In this document: positions 38,401 through 53,100 of the stretch, piece by piece
Layout of the letters: the number at the start of each line of letters is the position of its first letter
Numbering within the stretch: position 1 is the first letter of the stretch
Assembly (NCBI GenBank): GCA_002633005.1
Contig: NMRA01000006.1
Span: 2,214,795-2,278,794 of the forward strand
Source: Phoronis australis
Taxonomy: Eukaryota; Animalia; Phoronida
Length of the DNA: 64,000 nucleotides
Reading direction: 5' to 3'
The notes under the pieces: model-generated
The model's input: only the letters and a program-made list of their open reading frames with translations
What the model was told of the DNA's origin: nothing
Database searches by the model: none
Translations under genes and position numbers: made by a program

Positions 38401-41112
38401 CAAGTTTAAAATTGCAGTGCTACCTTGCGATAACTTCACTTGGCAATACTAAAGGTGACGAGATGCTCAAAATAGCTTAGCTTTTATGTTGGCAAACTTC
38501 TCGTGGTTTGTGGATTTAACTCAGTAGGAAATGGTCTTTAGAAGCCTAAATAATTGTTTAGGGACCTATTTTTGATTTTCATCACCGATGTTAGGTGGAG
38601 TTTTGGCTGTTTTCAAGCACAGCAGATATGCCCAAATCATGACTTACACTTTCGTGCCATATATGTGTATTATGATTAATAATTATTACTATTAATACAA
38701 CTGATCATTGCGGAAAAAATAATTATACGCAGGTTACCATGTCTTCAATTGCTATGTTGGGAGTCTTTTCACTTTTTTGATTAATAAGTCTTATTAACAT
38801 TATGTCATTGGTATGGTATAACCAGAAAGAAGACAAGATGACAAAACTTCACTCGGGAGACTTCTACGTCACCAGACACTCCAACTTGTCTGAGGTACAC
38901 GTGGTGTTCCACCTAGTTACGGACGACGGCATAAACAGGACGGATATATCGTCACGGCACCCGGTCATCATGGCGCTAAGGAACATCCTGAAGGTCTGCT
39001 TCCGTCATGATGTAACCACCATTAGTGTTCCACTGTTGCTGACTCACGAGATGACTGAGGTAAGTAAATGATGGAAGAATATTATTGCGCTTTAGATTAT
39101 CATTACGTGATCATCGAAACTTCAGTTCTCCGATTGGCTAAAATGCAGCAAGAGAACCTCCACTGTGAGGTTATGTTGACCGGCTAGCTGGGAAATATCA
39201 CATTTCGTTAATGCTGCCTGGGCATCCGATATTGATACTCAGGATGTGAACCAATCATAGGCTGCAGAAACTATAAACTCCTGACCGAGGGTGGAAACAA
39301 AATGAACGCTATGACTACACCAAAAAGGAGATAAGAGCACTACAATCCAAAATGAGACAAAAACGTAGATAAAAGAAGCATCAGTGGTCATATGATAAAA
39401 CGTGATCTTTTGGCATATCAGGTGATATGGACCATGTAATATCACCCTTAGATTGATCTATATCTGTATAATTAACTGACAGTCTGTAGTTGAAACACTC
39501 ATCCTATTATGATTAGATGCATATTCTCAAGTATAGTAAGATGTGGTGCATCTACTAAATGTAAACAACTCGTCATTACAAGAGTGTTTGGCTAATGAAT
39601 GTTGCTTTCTGTATCAGGAAATGACCATCCCTTGGTGTATGAAGAGGGCTGAACTGGTGTTCAAATGTGTCAAAGGATTTATGATGGAAATGTCAGCCCT
39701 GTGTAACTCCGAGTCCAAGACAATACAATTCCATGTGCCAAAAGTAAGTGGCCATCAGGTGGTTTTGTTTAACGTACCTGTTTCCGTAAATTTTGATTTT
39801 AAACATATCTGTCTTTTTACCTTTTTTGTATTCTTGAAAAGTGTACGTGGGAGAGTTGTTGAAAATTGTCTCAAACTGACACCAACATCTCTGGGTTCCA
39901 CTACATCAGCCTTGGTTACTTGCTTCTTCACTATATAGCTAACTAGAAGTACTGATACTCTAATCTTCAGTGGTCAGCCCTAACTGATACGCTAATCTTC
40001 ATTAGTCTTTTATTACGTGAGGGACATATTACAGTAATTCTTCTCTTATCTGGCACACTCACCTCATTTTGTGCACTCAAAATTATTTGTAAAAATATTT
40101 TGAGTGTCGGTTATTTCCCATGAGGCTAGTTGGTGAGAATTTCTTATCTCACCTAACCTGCACACAGTTTTTTACTTTTTAAAGTAAAAATTGCAAAATA
40201 CCATTGGAAGACCCTGTTGTTACACCTCTTTACTCGTGTTATTTAGTGCTGAACATTGCATATTAGTGACTACATCCATCCATGTGGGGACCTCGTGCTG
40301 TTTTATACACGAGGTGAAAGGGTGACATGGATCAGGGTCGTGTGACTAAGAATCGTATTCTTCGTGCTTCAAACCAATGATGGGGAGGTGAAGTTCTCTA
40401 AAATTGGAACAGCACTAAGAAACTTAATTACTGTTAATTGGAACATGTTGGGACATGGCAACCCATAGGCAGCATTTTGTTAAATTCTCACTCTGGCACT
40501 TGGCGATGCTTTGTTACTCAATTAATTTAATTTGCACACGCGTTAACTAAAATGTCTGTATATTCAGGATATTTGGCACCCGCCGACTGTCAAGAAACTA
40601 TGTTTAATTTCTTTTGTGCAAAATACCGTAAGTGGAGAATTAGGGTGCTAGTATTTTTGTCAAGATAACAACTTGCAACAGCTCATTACACTGAACACTT
40701 CACGCACTATCAATATGCACTATCAATGTGCACTATCAATATGCCTTATCAATATGCATTATCAATATGCACTATCAATAAAACGCCAGTGCATGGGTCT
40801 GATTGTTTGAAATAGTACATCGATCAGATTGGGTGATGCCGGATAAAAGACTTCCAGAAATTCGTGATATTAGATTTGAAAATTACCATCGTCTTGAATA
40901 CTCACTAAACAGTGACAGTGACCTCACTGTCAGTTACTGTGTAGTAAGAGAACGCTGCATTGTCAATCACTTGCTCATAACTGCCTGGATATGAAATGAT
41001 GAATGCGCACTTCATTCTCTATTTTCAGGATTTGTCAGACAGTACGTTTGCACAGTTTTCTAGTATGCTTCCGAGTATATTCCGACTTTCTAATCCCATA
41101 ATGGGGAAATGA
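26468..41112 (+). CDS. FERRY3: FERRY endosomal RAB5 effector complex subunit 3 (C12orf4 orthologue), 12 coding exons, ~538 aa
   Basis: Exons 26468-26630, 28079-28224, 29932-30113, 30510-30609, 31803-31927, 33142-33224, 34602-34680, 35377-35492, 37489-37667, 38826-39059, 39618-39743, 41029-41112. All are GT-AG and phase-consistent (1617 nt). The motifs [41 protein letters not shown] and [24 protein letters not shown] match C12orf4 as I recall it. Confidence 0.93.
30925..31359. mobile_element. MITE with ~55-bp imperfect TIRs in a FERRY3 intron
   Basis: gttgcacgaaacagtcccaaataggggctcgactaagttccctaaatcta matches the reverse complement of 31301-31352. Confidence 0.7.
40704..40780 (+). repeat. 13-bp minisatellite (GCACTATCAATAT) x ~6
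   Basis: Directly visible tandem copies with few substitutions. Confidence 0.9.
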
Positions 41113-44100
41113 CCAAGTTAAACAAACTGTGGACAGTGTACTGGTCAAAGAAACCCAAAAAGACGGTGATCTATGCTGAATTGAGCTCTCGTTCATGGCG
41201 TCGTGTAGCGTGTAGTAACTGGCGGTGCATACTGCTGTAGCCCGCTGCGTTGCTTTATCGCCATCTTTACGAGACATTCAATCGCTATGGTGATGCAGGC
41301 GATGGTGAAGCTGCGTGTTCCTCGACCTACAGGGAGTTCGTTGTGCTTGGAGAGCACAAGTGAATGACACCCATTCCTCTTAAACTGATATGTAATAACA
41401 AACTGATCTTATGTAAAACTGTTATGAATCAGGTACCGAAATATATCAGTTCTTATGAAAACTATAGTGGTGTTTAACTGTGATACATATGGCGCCCAAC
41501 GTGTTATATAGCGGCATCCCATTGAACTGTTGCCAGATGACACTACTGTTTGTGTTAGACAAACATGTAGTGTCCTCTGCAAATCAGCTCATTTAAGTAT
41601 GGATGGGGGTTTAAAGCCTATCAGGAATGGATTTTTGTTATTTTACATGTATTTTGCTAACCAGTTAGTCCAAGCAAAGCCTTAGCACAATAAGAAAATG
41701 AGTTCAATCACTAAAATGTAGGCCCGTCAAATGAAACTTGAAATTGCCCTTTTGTGCCACATTGCATCACCACGAAAACCCAGCACAAACGACAAAAGGC
41801 CGATAACAGTTCATTGAATAGGAGTCTGAATAGAATACCACTGTGTGCAGGTGTTGTTCGCAGCTGTTTGAATTAAGGGTGATTCTCACGCTGACAAGAC
41901 AAAAGCTAGCCAATAAGCCTAACAGTTCATTACATTTGGCAGTTGATGGCACTGGTGGGCTTAACGCGATGCTCTTATACTGTAGGAACCAAATTTACAA
42001 GTGTTAGCATTCAAGATAGGCTTTAAAGTAACAGAACTTTTCAGTATAAATGTGCCTTTCATAAAAATAACTTTTATTTTGCTTACTGTTATGGTCGACT
42101 TTGTCCTTGCTCAAACTACAAGTGATTTACATCTTTTGGTACTTTATTATTACTGAAGACCAGACTAATATGTTGGTTTGTCACAGCGGACCAATTTTCA
42201 CACTGAATCTGGTCATTCCGACAGTTCTCTGAATCGGAAATCCAAAGAAGCAAATTGAGGAACAGTTTCATGATGGCAAGAGATTCGAGTTGCACTTCTT
42301 GACAAAAGGCAGTCTTACAACAACTTTAAAATTATAATGGTCATTTTGCTGGCAAACTACATCTGTTAAGCAGTAAGACGTGGTGCTTAAGTCCAACACT
42401 GCATAAGTCCAACACTCAAAATACCTTTGAATAAAAGAAGTTACATTTAGTCGACAGTTCAGCAGTCTTTGAACAAAAATTGAAATGGTATCAAGCAGGT
42501 CACTTTTGTGCTCTCAACACACAAGAAAATTCTTTGTGGATATTTGGTTTTCTGAATGTGCAATGACACAGAAACTACACGCAATCACAGGTCCTTATTA
42601 TTGATTATCATGTTAATGATGTTCTTTCCAAGAAAGGAGTGCTGTTTGTCCCTATCACTTAAGTGTCTGTGAACTAGAGTACCAGCCAAAATATTTCGAC
42701 AAAATGACATGGCATTCCCAGTCATGACGACACGCAGAAGACAAATTCATAGTCTGTGTAGACTTCCCTCATGTCCGAGAACAAACAAGAATGTCAGTAA
42801 GGTGGGTAAACCTTTCAGCAACTAGAATTTCGCTGCCCTTATAGTTATTACTGGCCAATTTTGCAATTAACTGGTTGTCATGACGATGCCTAATTACTTT
42901 TGTCTTGCACTGTAAGTTATGCAACCACAGCCCACGTGTCAATTATCCTCAGAGGAGTCAATTTGTTGTTGGAATGCGACATGCAAAGGAGAGCAGACAA
43001 TGGCACCTGCAGTAAACCAGACTCAAGACTGGTACAAATGCACTTACACATTACAAACCTCATTACAAAGTACCTGACTGTTAAGAATGTAAAGTCCCAA
43101 TTTAAATTAACTTAATATGTGTTCGTCTACCCTCTTTACAACAAACTATTGTTATAATCCACATATTTCTAAGGGCCCTTGATATACGCTACAATGAGGT
43201 TAGACTGCAATGAAAATTGTCTACTTTCGAAATTGAATTCACGATATTGTGACATATCATGCTATCCAGGATGGAGTCATCAGAATATGATAAATAATGT
43301 TCTTAGACATACCACTGGCGCCATCTCATTAAGAAATGTGATAAATTACTACAAGCAGGGTTGCTCCTTGGGTGCATTCAATGTTTTCTGCAGACAGACA
43401 TGTCGGGTAGGATTTGGCAACATGGTAAACGGACTACTGTTTGTATTCACATTTTATTCATTGACCATTTTGGGGCATTTACATGGCAGCAGTGAGAATA
43501 CTGCCATCACACAATGACATCACAAGCCATGTAGACCAATAATAACAACAATGCCTATGTACATCACTATCATTATCATCTCGTGGCAAGTCAATATAAT
43601 TTAATTTTTTTTGCGTCATAAAAGACCAAGAGATAGATGTTTATCGCTACTACAATAAAATCTAAATATTTAACATTTGTTCTGATCCCTTGATCCCAAA
43701 TCAGTTTTCGAACCTAAGTAACGCAGCGCACAGTTAGGCAGTTAACAAAATCTTACACGACTTAAGTATTGCATCAAATAAACTAGTCAGCAGAAGGTGT
43801 TCGCCGATAGCGTACGGCTTCAAGCTATCGTCAGGCTACCCCAGTAGACTCCGCCGAAGGCACATTACTATTTACACAAACTAGCAGCTCCGAACGCTCA
43901 AATATGTACCCACAGTGGAATGATAAACTTAAAAAAACACACTCGCTTCTACCTGTAAACCATGAACGAGAACTTCGATAACGAAATGAGAACTTGGGCA
44001 GTTTCATAAATAGAAATTCATACCAGTACAAATAGGTTTGACAAACGAGGGCTGTACTCAAGAACAGAATGACCATAACCATAAAAAACAATTGGTTAGA

Positions 44101-44136
44101 CGCTAAGTATAAAAGTCTAAGTGACGGTGGGGGGGT

Positions 44137-47100
44137 CTACAGCTCTTCTTTCGGTGGCATTTCAGGTGCCTCATCTCCCTCTTCACCTTCTGGTCCGTCC
44201 TCGACTCCCATCTCTTCTTCACCTTCTGCTCCCTCCATCTCCTAAGAATGGGAAGACGGCAAAATGTATGGATGACGACTTTTATTGAGATGTGCAAAGA
44301 AATTAGAATGCGTGAACAAACAACCTGCTCACTTACATTAATACGCGAACACAAAACAAACAGGTGTCACCTCGCTTAAATCAATTTCAAACCGTGCATT
44401 ATTTCTGTCGACGAATGCCAAATTGAAACTAACTGTCTTTGAAACAAGTATGAGCCAAAAAACACAAGACGATATCATGACCATTAAAAAGCATTACTCT
44501 TACAGAAAACAAAAACTGACCATTGTCCCAAACACACTTCAGCACTAATAGGGACAGAAATTGCTTACATCACACTACAACCTGGAGACAAACAATATGG
44601 CATGCGTATTCACTTACACTAGCACAATAGTTCAAACCAGCAAAATTCAACAAAAATAACCTTTTAAAATCTGATCCTCATGCTATAAATGCTAACCATA
44701 AAGATTAGCATTTTAACAGCGTTTCCAAAACCAGAGTTTAACGGATGACTTTCTGTCTACAAATATGACCCAATGTAATTTCCCACAGGGAACAGGCCAG
44801 AGTTAGAGACCCAAAAAGGTGGAATCCCCATGACTACCTCCATACGTCAACGTCACACATTCTGACCCTATTACAGGTCCAGATGAAAACAGGACAGTGC
44901 AATGTTCTTGTCCTGTCACCTCGTCAGCCTGCGTTATTTAATATGTTAGTGAAACATGCTCAAGTCAAGGCAGCACTTACTTCCTCCGAGGGTCCAGCAC
45001 CATCTTTACCACCACTCTCTAAGAACTTCACGAAACCGTCGAGCGTTCGCTCACCGTTGTAATCTATAACTTCCTGCAAGACAAACAGTACAATGGTTAT
45101 TAACGTGACCCGTAGCTTGGCTCCTGTAGCCAGAGGTGGCAGACTTGGTTAGCTCTCCAGGTAAAAGCACTGAATGCATGTGCACAGGCAGTAACAACCA
45201 ACTCTAAACAAGTGTGCATGAGGGTGTGTGTGTCTGTTTGTCAATGCAGAATAACACACTGAGCACTGTGGAGTGCAAATCATAAAACTTCAACTAAAAA
45301 TGGTAAAAAAGGACAAAGAGTGAAATGTACAGAGGGTTAACAAAAGTTTCATTTCTGTGCAAAATGAATACTTCGAAAATTCTGATAATAAATGCTTCCC
45401 TAGAGATTGTCAGAATATTTCTACTGTCACATGCCTATGTACTCTACACAACCATTCTGCCATATAAACCTACTACCAACTATGTGAAAGTACCGTCAGT
45501 ACGTACTTCAGATCCTGCAGGGAAGTATTTGAGTGTTGGGAAACTCTGCACTTTTACATCCTCCACCTCGTTGGCTGTTGAATCCATCTTGGCGATGACT
45601 ATATTCTCATGGCCAGCGTACTTCTCAGCCAATTGGTCCCAGATGGGAGCCAACTGTTTGCAGTGGCCGCACCAGGGGGCGTCTGAAAGACAATGGAAGA
45701 TGGGGCTCAAGGACCGTGCGACACCACACAGGGAGGCTGAATAACACAATCCCCTCTCCCCATAGTATCTCAAACCTATGGGAAATCTTACCCTGGTTAT
45801 GAAATCTTTCTTCAACAAGGAATAAAATGAAAGGGGAGAGTACTTTTCAGTAGATGACCACACCCTGCTTTGTTCGTAAAGATCTTCACGAAGGCAAGCA
45901 AGGGAAACTGTCAACATTCCAACATTACTAGATGTTCAAATGAAATGTGATGCAATACCACCATACTAAAACAACCAGAAATCTGTTCTTCAAATACCAA
46001 ACTTTGCAGTTAGTAGTTAGCATGAAACAATGCACACCTTCATCTAGAAGCTACTAAAAGGACGCTTTTGGGGCCTGTTAGTCAAAGCGTCTATTGGCTT
46101 TTGTCTATTGACTTTCGGGTAAAAATCAGTCTACGGATGGCTTAGCCTGGAGGGGTCAGGCTAAAGAAGGACGAGACATACTTACAGAACTCCACAAACA
46201 CGTTTTTGTCCTTGTTTTTGGCCACCTCAACGAAGTTCTTGCCGACGAGCACTTTGACTGGTTTGGCGTCCCAGTCTTCAGGCACCTCCTCAGACATCAG
46301 ATGAGCCTGTAGGCAAACAAATACAGTATGTTATGCAAAACAAGCACAACAAAATCCGTTTAACTTCGAGTGTATCATGTTCCAATTCTGCCTTGGGAGA
46401 AATACTTTGGCAGTCAACTCTGAAAAAATGCTTCTTTTCCTACTGAAGCAGCACGCATTTCTTTCCATTAATGATTTAAACTTTGCCACAGAATAAAATG
46501 TTTGCCACAACTTTAAAACTTCCAACAATGAACAATCACGATCAACTTCAGAGAGCCTGATGGGTGTTTAAGCATTTCTCAAATCAACACTTGTTCATAA
46601 TGAAGAGATCTAGAAAAGATGCTAATATTGAGCAAGGCCAGTTACAATTTTCCGTACGCATAAATGGAGATCTCGTCCAACAAGCTTGCATGACACCACA
46701 TACCTTAAGTTTGCCATCAAGATAGTCCTGCACGAATGACCTGACAGTGGCGGCGTCCAGGTCGCCGGACTCCGGCTTGAATTTGGTCATATCTTCTCCC
46801 AGATTGATGAGGCGCACAACGGGCACATTCTCCTTGGTCAGACCGAAGAACTCGAGGATACGCGAGTTGTCCTCTACGTCTGTGTCGATGTAGATGAAGA
46901 GAACTTTGCCCTTAAAATCCTTGGCCACGGACGTGAAGTCATCGAGCTTCGTCTTGAAGTCATCTGCCGCTTTGCTGACAAACAACAGGATGTGGTTCTT
47001 CACTTCGCCACCAAAGATCTTGGGTGCTGTCTGGATGTGGATAGAAGACAACCAATTACACCCATCCACATGACTATGGTGTACTGGGAGACTATTGAAC

Positions 47101-50100
47101 CCATAATGAAGCCGCGATAAAGAACAACAGTGGCTGAGATGACCTAGTTATCAGTCAAAATTTCGTCTATAAAGAACACGAGAAAAAAGAGGAACTATTT
47201 TTTCAACAAAAATGGCCTTTAATGTGCTCTATCACACACAAAATGCATGGAAATTTCATCCAATTTCATTCAACAACTTTGAAACCACCTGTGAACAGAC
47301 CAATCATGAAATGAAGATGGCCACATCTGCAATCTGTTTGCGTTCGTATCTACTGAATTGATCACGTGAAAAAAAAAATAACTCTGACAAATTCTCGAAA
47401 ATTTTTAAGCTTGGGTTCCTCAGAACACCATTAGGGGCTGTTCCAGTAAAATCTGTATGGGAGGGGGGGAAGGCACCTTTTTTTCGCACCCACCACCCAT
47501 ATTTTTCATTTATTTCTTCAGCCTACCACCCCTAATTTTTTATAAGTTTGAAATGCAACCACCCGTAATTTTTTTTGTCCTTGTGGTTGACTGCACAGGC
47601 GCTTGAGTTCCTCCATCACCACTAACGTCATTCATTACTAAGAAAACATGTTTCTTATATATGGTTATTAGCCATCGAGAAATTCGAGCACCTGTGGTAA
47701 AATGGTGTTATTTCCATGCCGATGAGGAGATGGAGGGAGTGAAAAAGTTGGAGCTTTTTGCAAGTTGCATTTTTGTTTCAGTTTTTGATTCTGTGCAGAT
47801 TGTNTGGATAGAAGACAACCAATTACAACCATCCACATGACTATGGTGTACTGGGAGACTATTGAACCCATAATGAAGCCGCGATAAAGAACAACAGTGG
47901 CTGAGATGACCTAGTTATCAGTCAAAATTTCGTCTATAAAGAACACGAAGAGAAAAAAGAGGAACTAATTTCTCAACAAAAATAACCTTTAATGTGCTCT
48001 ATCACACACATAATGCATGGAAATTTCATCCAATTTCATTCAACAACTTTGAAACCACCTGTGAACGGACCAATCATGAAATGAAGATGGCCACATCTGC
48101 AATCTGTTTGCGTTCATATCTACTGAATTGATCGCGTGGAAAAAAAAACAACTCTGACAAATTCTCGGAAATTTTTAAGCTTGGGTTCCTAAGAACACCA
48201 TTAAAGCTTTCAAATAAATAAATCTGGTCCGACATTAAATGCTCCACAATCTTTTTTTAATGTTTCTGTAAGGTAATACACAAGATGTCACACAAGATAC
48301 ACAACTGAGCACATGTTCCAAAGCACCCCTTGCGAATGCTCACCAGCATAGAGTCAGGCACTATAAGGAATGCAACCGTTACTTATGTCACACTTAGTAA
48401 GAACACAGATCCCTAGTTACCTTGGAGATGCATTTTTCCATGCTATTTGCTGTTCCTCCTGGTGTATAGTTACTAACCAAGGAACAATAGAAAAAGACAT
48501 GAACAGTCCAGCAAGGAGACTGCCTCTTGGCTCAGCATTCACTTCCATTGAACATACACACCCGTCCTAGTCACTACTGAACACAGGCTGTGTTGCTCAT
48601 TGGTGTTTGCTCACAGCCAAAGCAGAGCCAAGATTTGGGGCCTTCATGTCACATTCTTTTTGTTTCATGGACAGTCATCCTAACTAGAACAGTAACTAAA
48701 GCAAAAAATGTCTGTCCAAGAATCTTAATTTCTACTAAAGGTAACATCATCAACCGGTTGCTTTCCCCTTTAAGGTAAACAGATGCAACACACAGCACAG
48801 AGAGCAACTCACCTGACGATAACCTATCACCTCCTCCACGGATCTGCCCCACGAAAATCAACACGACATACTGCACAGGGAAACCAGTGCCTAATTTAGA
48901 CTCAATTTGACCTTTTGACAGTACACAACACGTAGTCGGCTGAGGATTGTAACCGAACAAATCAAAAAATGCTTTGGACCAAGTTCGCAATTTTTACTCT
49001 TTTCCTTCACGAATTAGCTACTTTAAGCTTAATGAAAATGATGTCGAATGATATCCAAAGGGTGTGAAAATGTGCAGTTGATGGTGAACAGGTTTTCGGC
49101 TCATTGCGTTCGAGTCTAAATTCAACTCTGGTTGGGAAATAGAATTACTTACTCCAGACAATCAGACAGACAAGACCACATGCTGTCACTGATAAATTTA
49201 CGGCAATAAAAATCATCCTCTGTAAAAACCTCAACTATTGATCTAGAAACTGTTTCATGCAACACTGGAATCATCTTGATCTTATCTCAGACTAGAAATG
49301 GTTTCTGAGATTCAAAAAATCTGATAATTTATTAATACTTGCCACCAAACTATGCAAGTTGACTTGACCTGGCAGGTCATTATATCAAACAAAAGCCCAG
49401 AAAATCGAACAAGTTCATATCATTTTAATAAGTGAAATTCAAAGGTTGCTTTTTGGCATGTTTGTAGCACTCCATGATAAGCAAAGGTCGCTAGAGTTGC
49501 AAGTATTGAGTTAGGAAACAGGACTTCGGACCCCGAGTGTCGGACCCCGAGTGTACTTCGCGGCTAACTTATAGGTGCTGCCCACTCAAACAAACAACTG
49601 AAACCTGACCAAAAAGCAGAGACCACAAGCACCGGGTGGCTCGGTCCCACATCCAACGGTCACAACTTGAGTTCCCTTAACAGTGACCACAGGCTATAGC
49701 CACCACAGACATGGGATTTCCGCATGCAAGTCTGATACCTTCCAATCTGGAGTAGACGAGCAGGGCCACGTGTGCACCCCCACCACCTCTCCCCACTCTT
49801 ACCTCCTGGGTGAACTCCATAACCACGGGCAGCTGGTTAGCCCGGATGAACTTGAGGATCTCATCGCTCTTCATTTCGCCATCAAAGTCGTTGCGGCCCT
49901 CGTCAAACTACGTTATAGCGGAAAACGAAGAACGTTAGTTAGAACAGAAAGACAAAGATTTGAACGACAGAGGCACGGCTGACTTACTTCGTCAGTGAAC
50001 TCTGAGACGAGGGGCAACATGTTGGCGTTGATAAACGTTTTGATATCGTCGCTCTTTAATTCTCCATCATAGTCGTTGCGGCCTTCGTCAAACTGAAACA

Positions 50101-53100
50101 ACGATCAATCGTGGTTATTAAAACGTTGGACATAAAGCAGCCTAACGGTATTATCAGGCAAAATCTTGAAGTACCACCCGCTACACTCCCTTCCAGGCAC
50201 CGGCGCCACCTTGCCTGCATTATTCAGCAACTAAAGATTGTTTCAAACAGAGAATAATTAACTTAGATCCCCATAAATACTTTAAGACTGAAAAAAAAGA
50301 TAACGGTGTTAAAGACAATGCAATGGTCAAGTGTACAGTAGAGGCAACAGGCAATCTGAGTGAACAGTGTGTAAAGAAGCGTCAATTGTTTGCTGGAGTC
50401 ACTGAACTGAAAATCCAGAAAATGCCAACACAAACAGAACGAAGCATCGAGACAGAGAAATTAAGAGTGAGCATGATTAATGGAAAAGCGACCACAATAA
50501 AAACTAAACGGTTACCATGACGGTCACAGAGCATTCGACAAGCTGCGCCGTTAAGTACAATACCGCCAATAATTTAGCAGCCCGGCCACCATTTCGTTAG
50601 TGCTGGTAACTGGAAGTGATAACAACACAATATCAACGGAAGCGAAAGCAATGGGCACTAACAACAGGCACATGGTCGTTATGGATACCAAATAAGCGAA
50701 ACTAAATACCAGCTTACAGTAACGCATCAATCCAATTCAAAACAACTTTCAATTACAGGAGAAAACCAGTCTCCCTACTAGAGGAAAAAGAACTTTAATT
50801 TATCCCCTAACTGACCATTTCAAATCGTATTTCTGAAAAATCTAAATATTCATTAGACAGCACAAAGAAGGCAAAAATTCAAAAGGACGTAATAAACAGC
50901 CAAAATTGACCGAATACCCACATCAAAAGGTTAGCCGATTAACTTCCGACCCTATAAACATTCATAATTTACGGAGAAGACTGGGCCAAATTCCTCGTGT
51001 GAACACCCAAACAAGCCCAACATCCCACCCTGTGACCACAAGACAGCTCACCTTCTTGAACAGAACAACACCGTCTTTCTCCACCTTGTACTCGGCCAGT
51101 ATGTCAGCTTCCTTAGTGATACCAAACGGAACACCGTCAAAGTCACCAGCTACTTCTACAAAAGTTTTGGCTCCATCGGATTCCAGATCCTGCACAGGAA
51201 AAACATCAGATAAGGTACAGCACGCGTTCATGAGAAAAAATGATTCCAGAGGGACCTCTCAGGCCCGAAGGTAATTTAATGAAAACATTCTAATTTGTCG
51301 GTAACAGTCTCCTGACACAAATGCAATACATAGATGCAGCACATGTGTAATTCTACTGTACAACCTTGTAACTGAGCTTATGGGCTTAACTGTGGAGTTG
51401 CACCTAACTGAGGAACTGACTGCCGTGCTCCATCAGTGAGTTGGATTAAGAATTAAAACAGCCAATACTAATTAGCATAGGGCCTAAATGCAGGTCGAAC
51501 AGTTAACATGAAAGAGTTGTAACAGTAATAGTTGAGTAACTTTTTGGATGGAGATGTAGTTAACTACTGAGAGGAAACCAAGCGTTATTCTAATGCCAAC
51601 TGTATATTTTAGTATTTAGCCATTACTGTAACCTTTTTATTTCAGTCAGAGTGTCACTGATGCCAAACCCTATGTGAAATAAAAGTTCAGTAGTGTACAT
51701 TTAAAAAAGGTGCCCTATGATTGGAGCATCGCATGCGCCTATATGTGGGACATTTGAGTGGAAAAGTCTTGCGGAAAAAACACATTGTTGAGCATGCTCT
51801 ATATGCAGGGATATATGGTTACAACAATACATTAAACAAAAATAATGCTTGAATTCTTGTTATCAAACCAAAAACAGCTGACCGAAGCTGCTCAATTAAA
51901 AAATAGCTCGATTATAAACAGAAAAATGCTTAATTCATGGCACTTCTAATGGGCTGCATTGTGAGACTGAGGAAACAGCCAGTATTTGCTAACTACTGAC
52001 ATGTCACATAAATAATGATTAAAATTATGGAGGTATCAACCTGGCAGGCCACGCTCAGCCAACCATGTTCAAAAGCTGTTTATGGGAGGAATGCAAGCAA
52101 CACGTGGCAGTAATAAAAAATGGCCACTGAATAACCTACACTTTGATGTCGCAAAATCAGAGCCTAGTCTATTGACGATTACTGAGGCATGACCACACAA
52201 CAATACAGACATGTATCTTCAACTGTTCCTAAAGATCAGATCCTGGGTTGATTTCAAAGGAGACCAAACCAGAAATAGTACCCTCTCACAATAATTAAGA
52301 CAATAAAAGGTAAAGCCGAATGTTTAAAAAATACAAAGTCGTACGTCCCTAACACGTGAAAAGAGACACAATTGGATTTTTAAGGCCAAAAAATGCATTT
52401 TTGTGATTATTGTTGGATGGGACAGACATCTTCAAGTTATTAGCTACGACCAGAGCCAAAACAAAATCCGGAAATCAAGACTGTTGACTTTACCCTTTTG
52501 TGACTTTTACCAATTAGGTATGCTTTAAGTTCTCTATTTACGAAATGGGGTTTAGCTCCAGCAGCAGAACATCGACTGGAATCGCGAGAGTTGCAAGTTT
52601 GATGGTTTTAAACAGAAAAAAGGAATTTGCCAATTTATAAAATGGAGAGAAGACAGGATTTCACGGTATTCATTAAGGAAAACCAGGGACTTAATTAATG
52701 TATGATGTTATTTGAACTACACAGTTGCAAACACAAATGCAGCTACGTCTCTGTAGACTAAAACAGTGCATGAATTTAAACTCTGGTAAAGATATGTCCG
52801 AACCAAAACTCCCTAACCTTGAAGAAACCAATGACAGCCACATCACTGGCGTCCACAAACTCCTTGGCTTGGTCAACTTTCTCGAGGGACACGGCTGGGG
52901 GTCCGGTCTTTTTCTTCAGCCACGTGACAATTTCAGCGTCAGTTCGGCCACCTACAAGATTAAAAAAACACACGACCAGTCAAAGCAGTCTCAACTTAAT
53001 ATTGGTGAAAGTAGATGGCTCATAATTCTCTCTTTCTCCCTCCCTTCCTCTCTCTATATATCTGTGATAGTAGTTTATTTTATATATTTTAGAAATTACG

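Noticed and set aside
40704-40780. CRISPR-like array
   Set aside because: These are contiguous 13-bp units without spacers in a eukaryotic intron, so a simple minisatellite.
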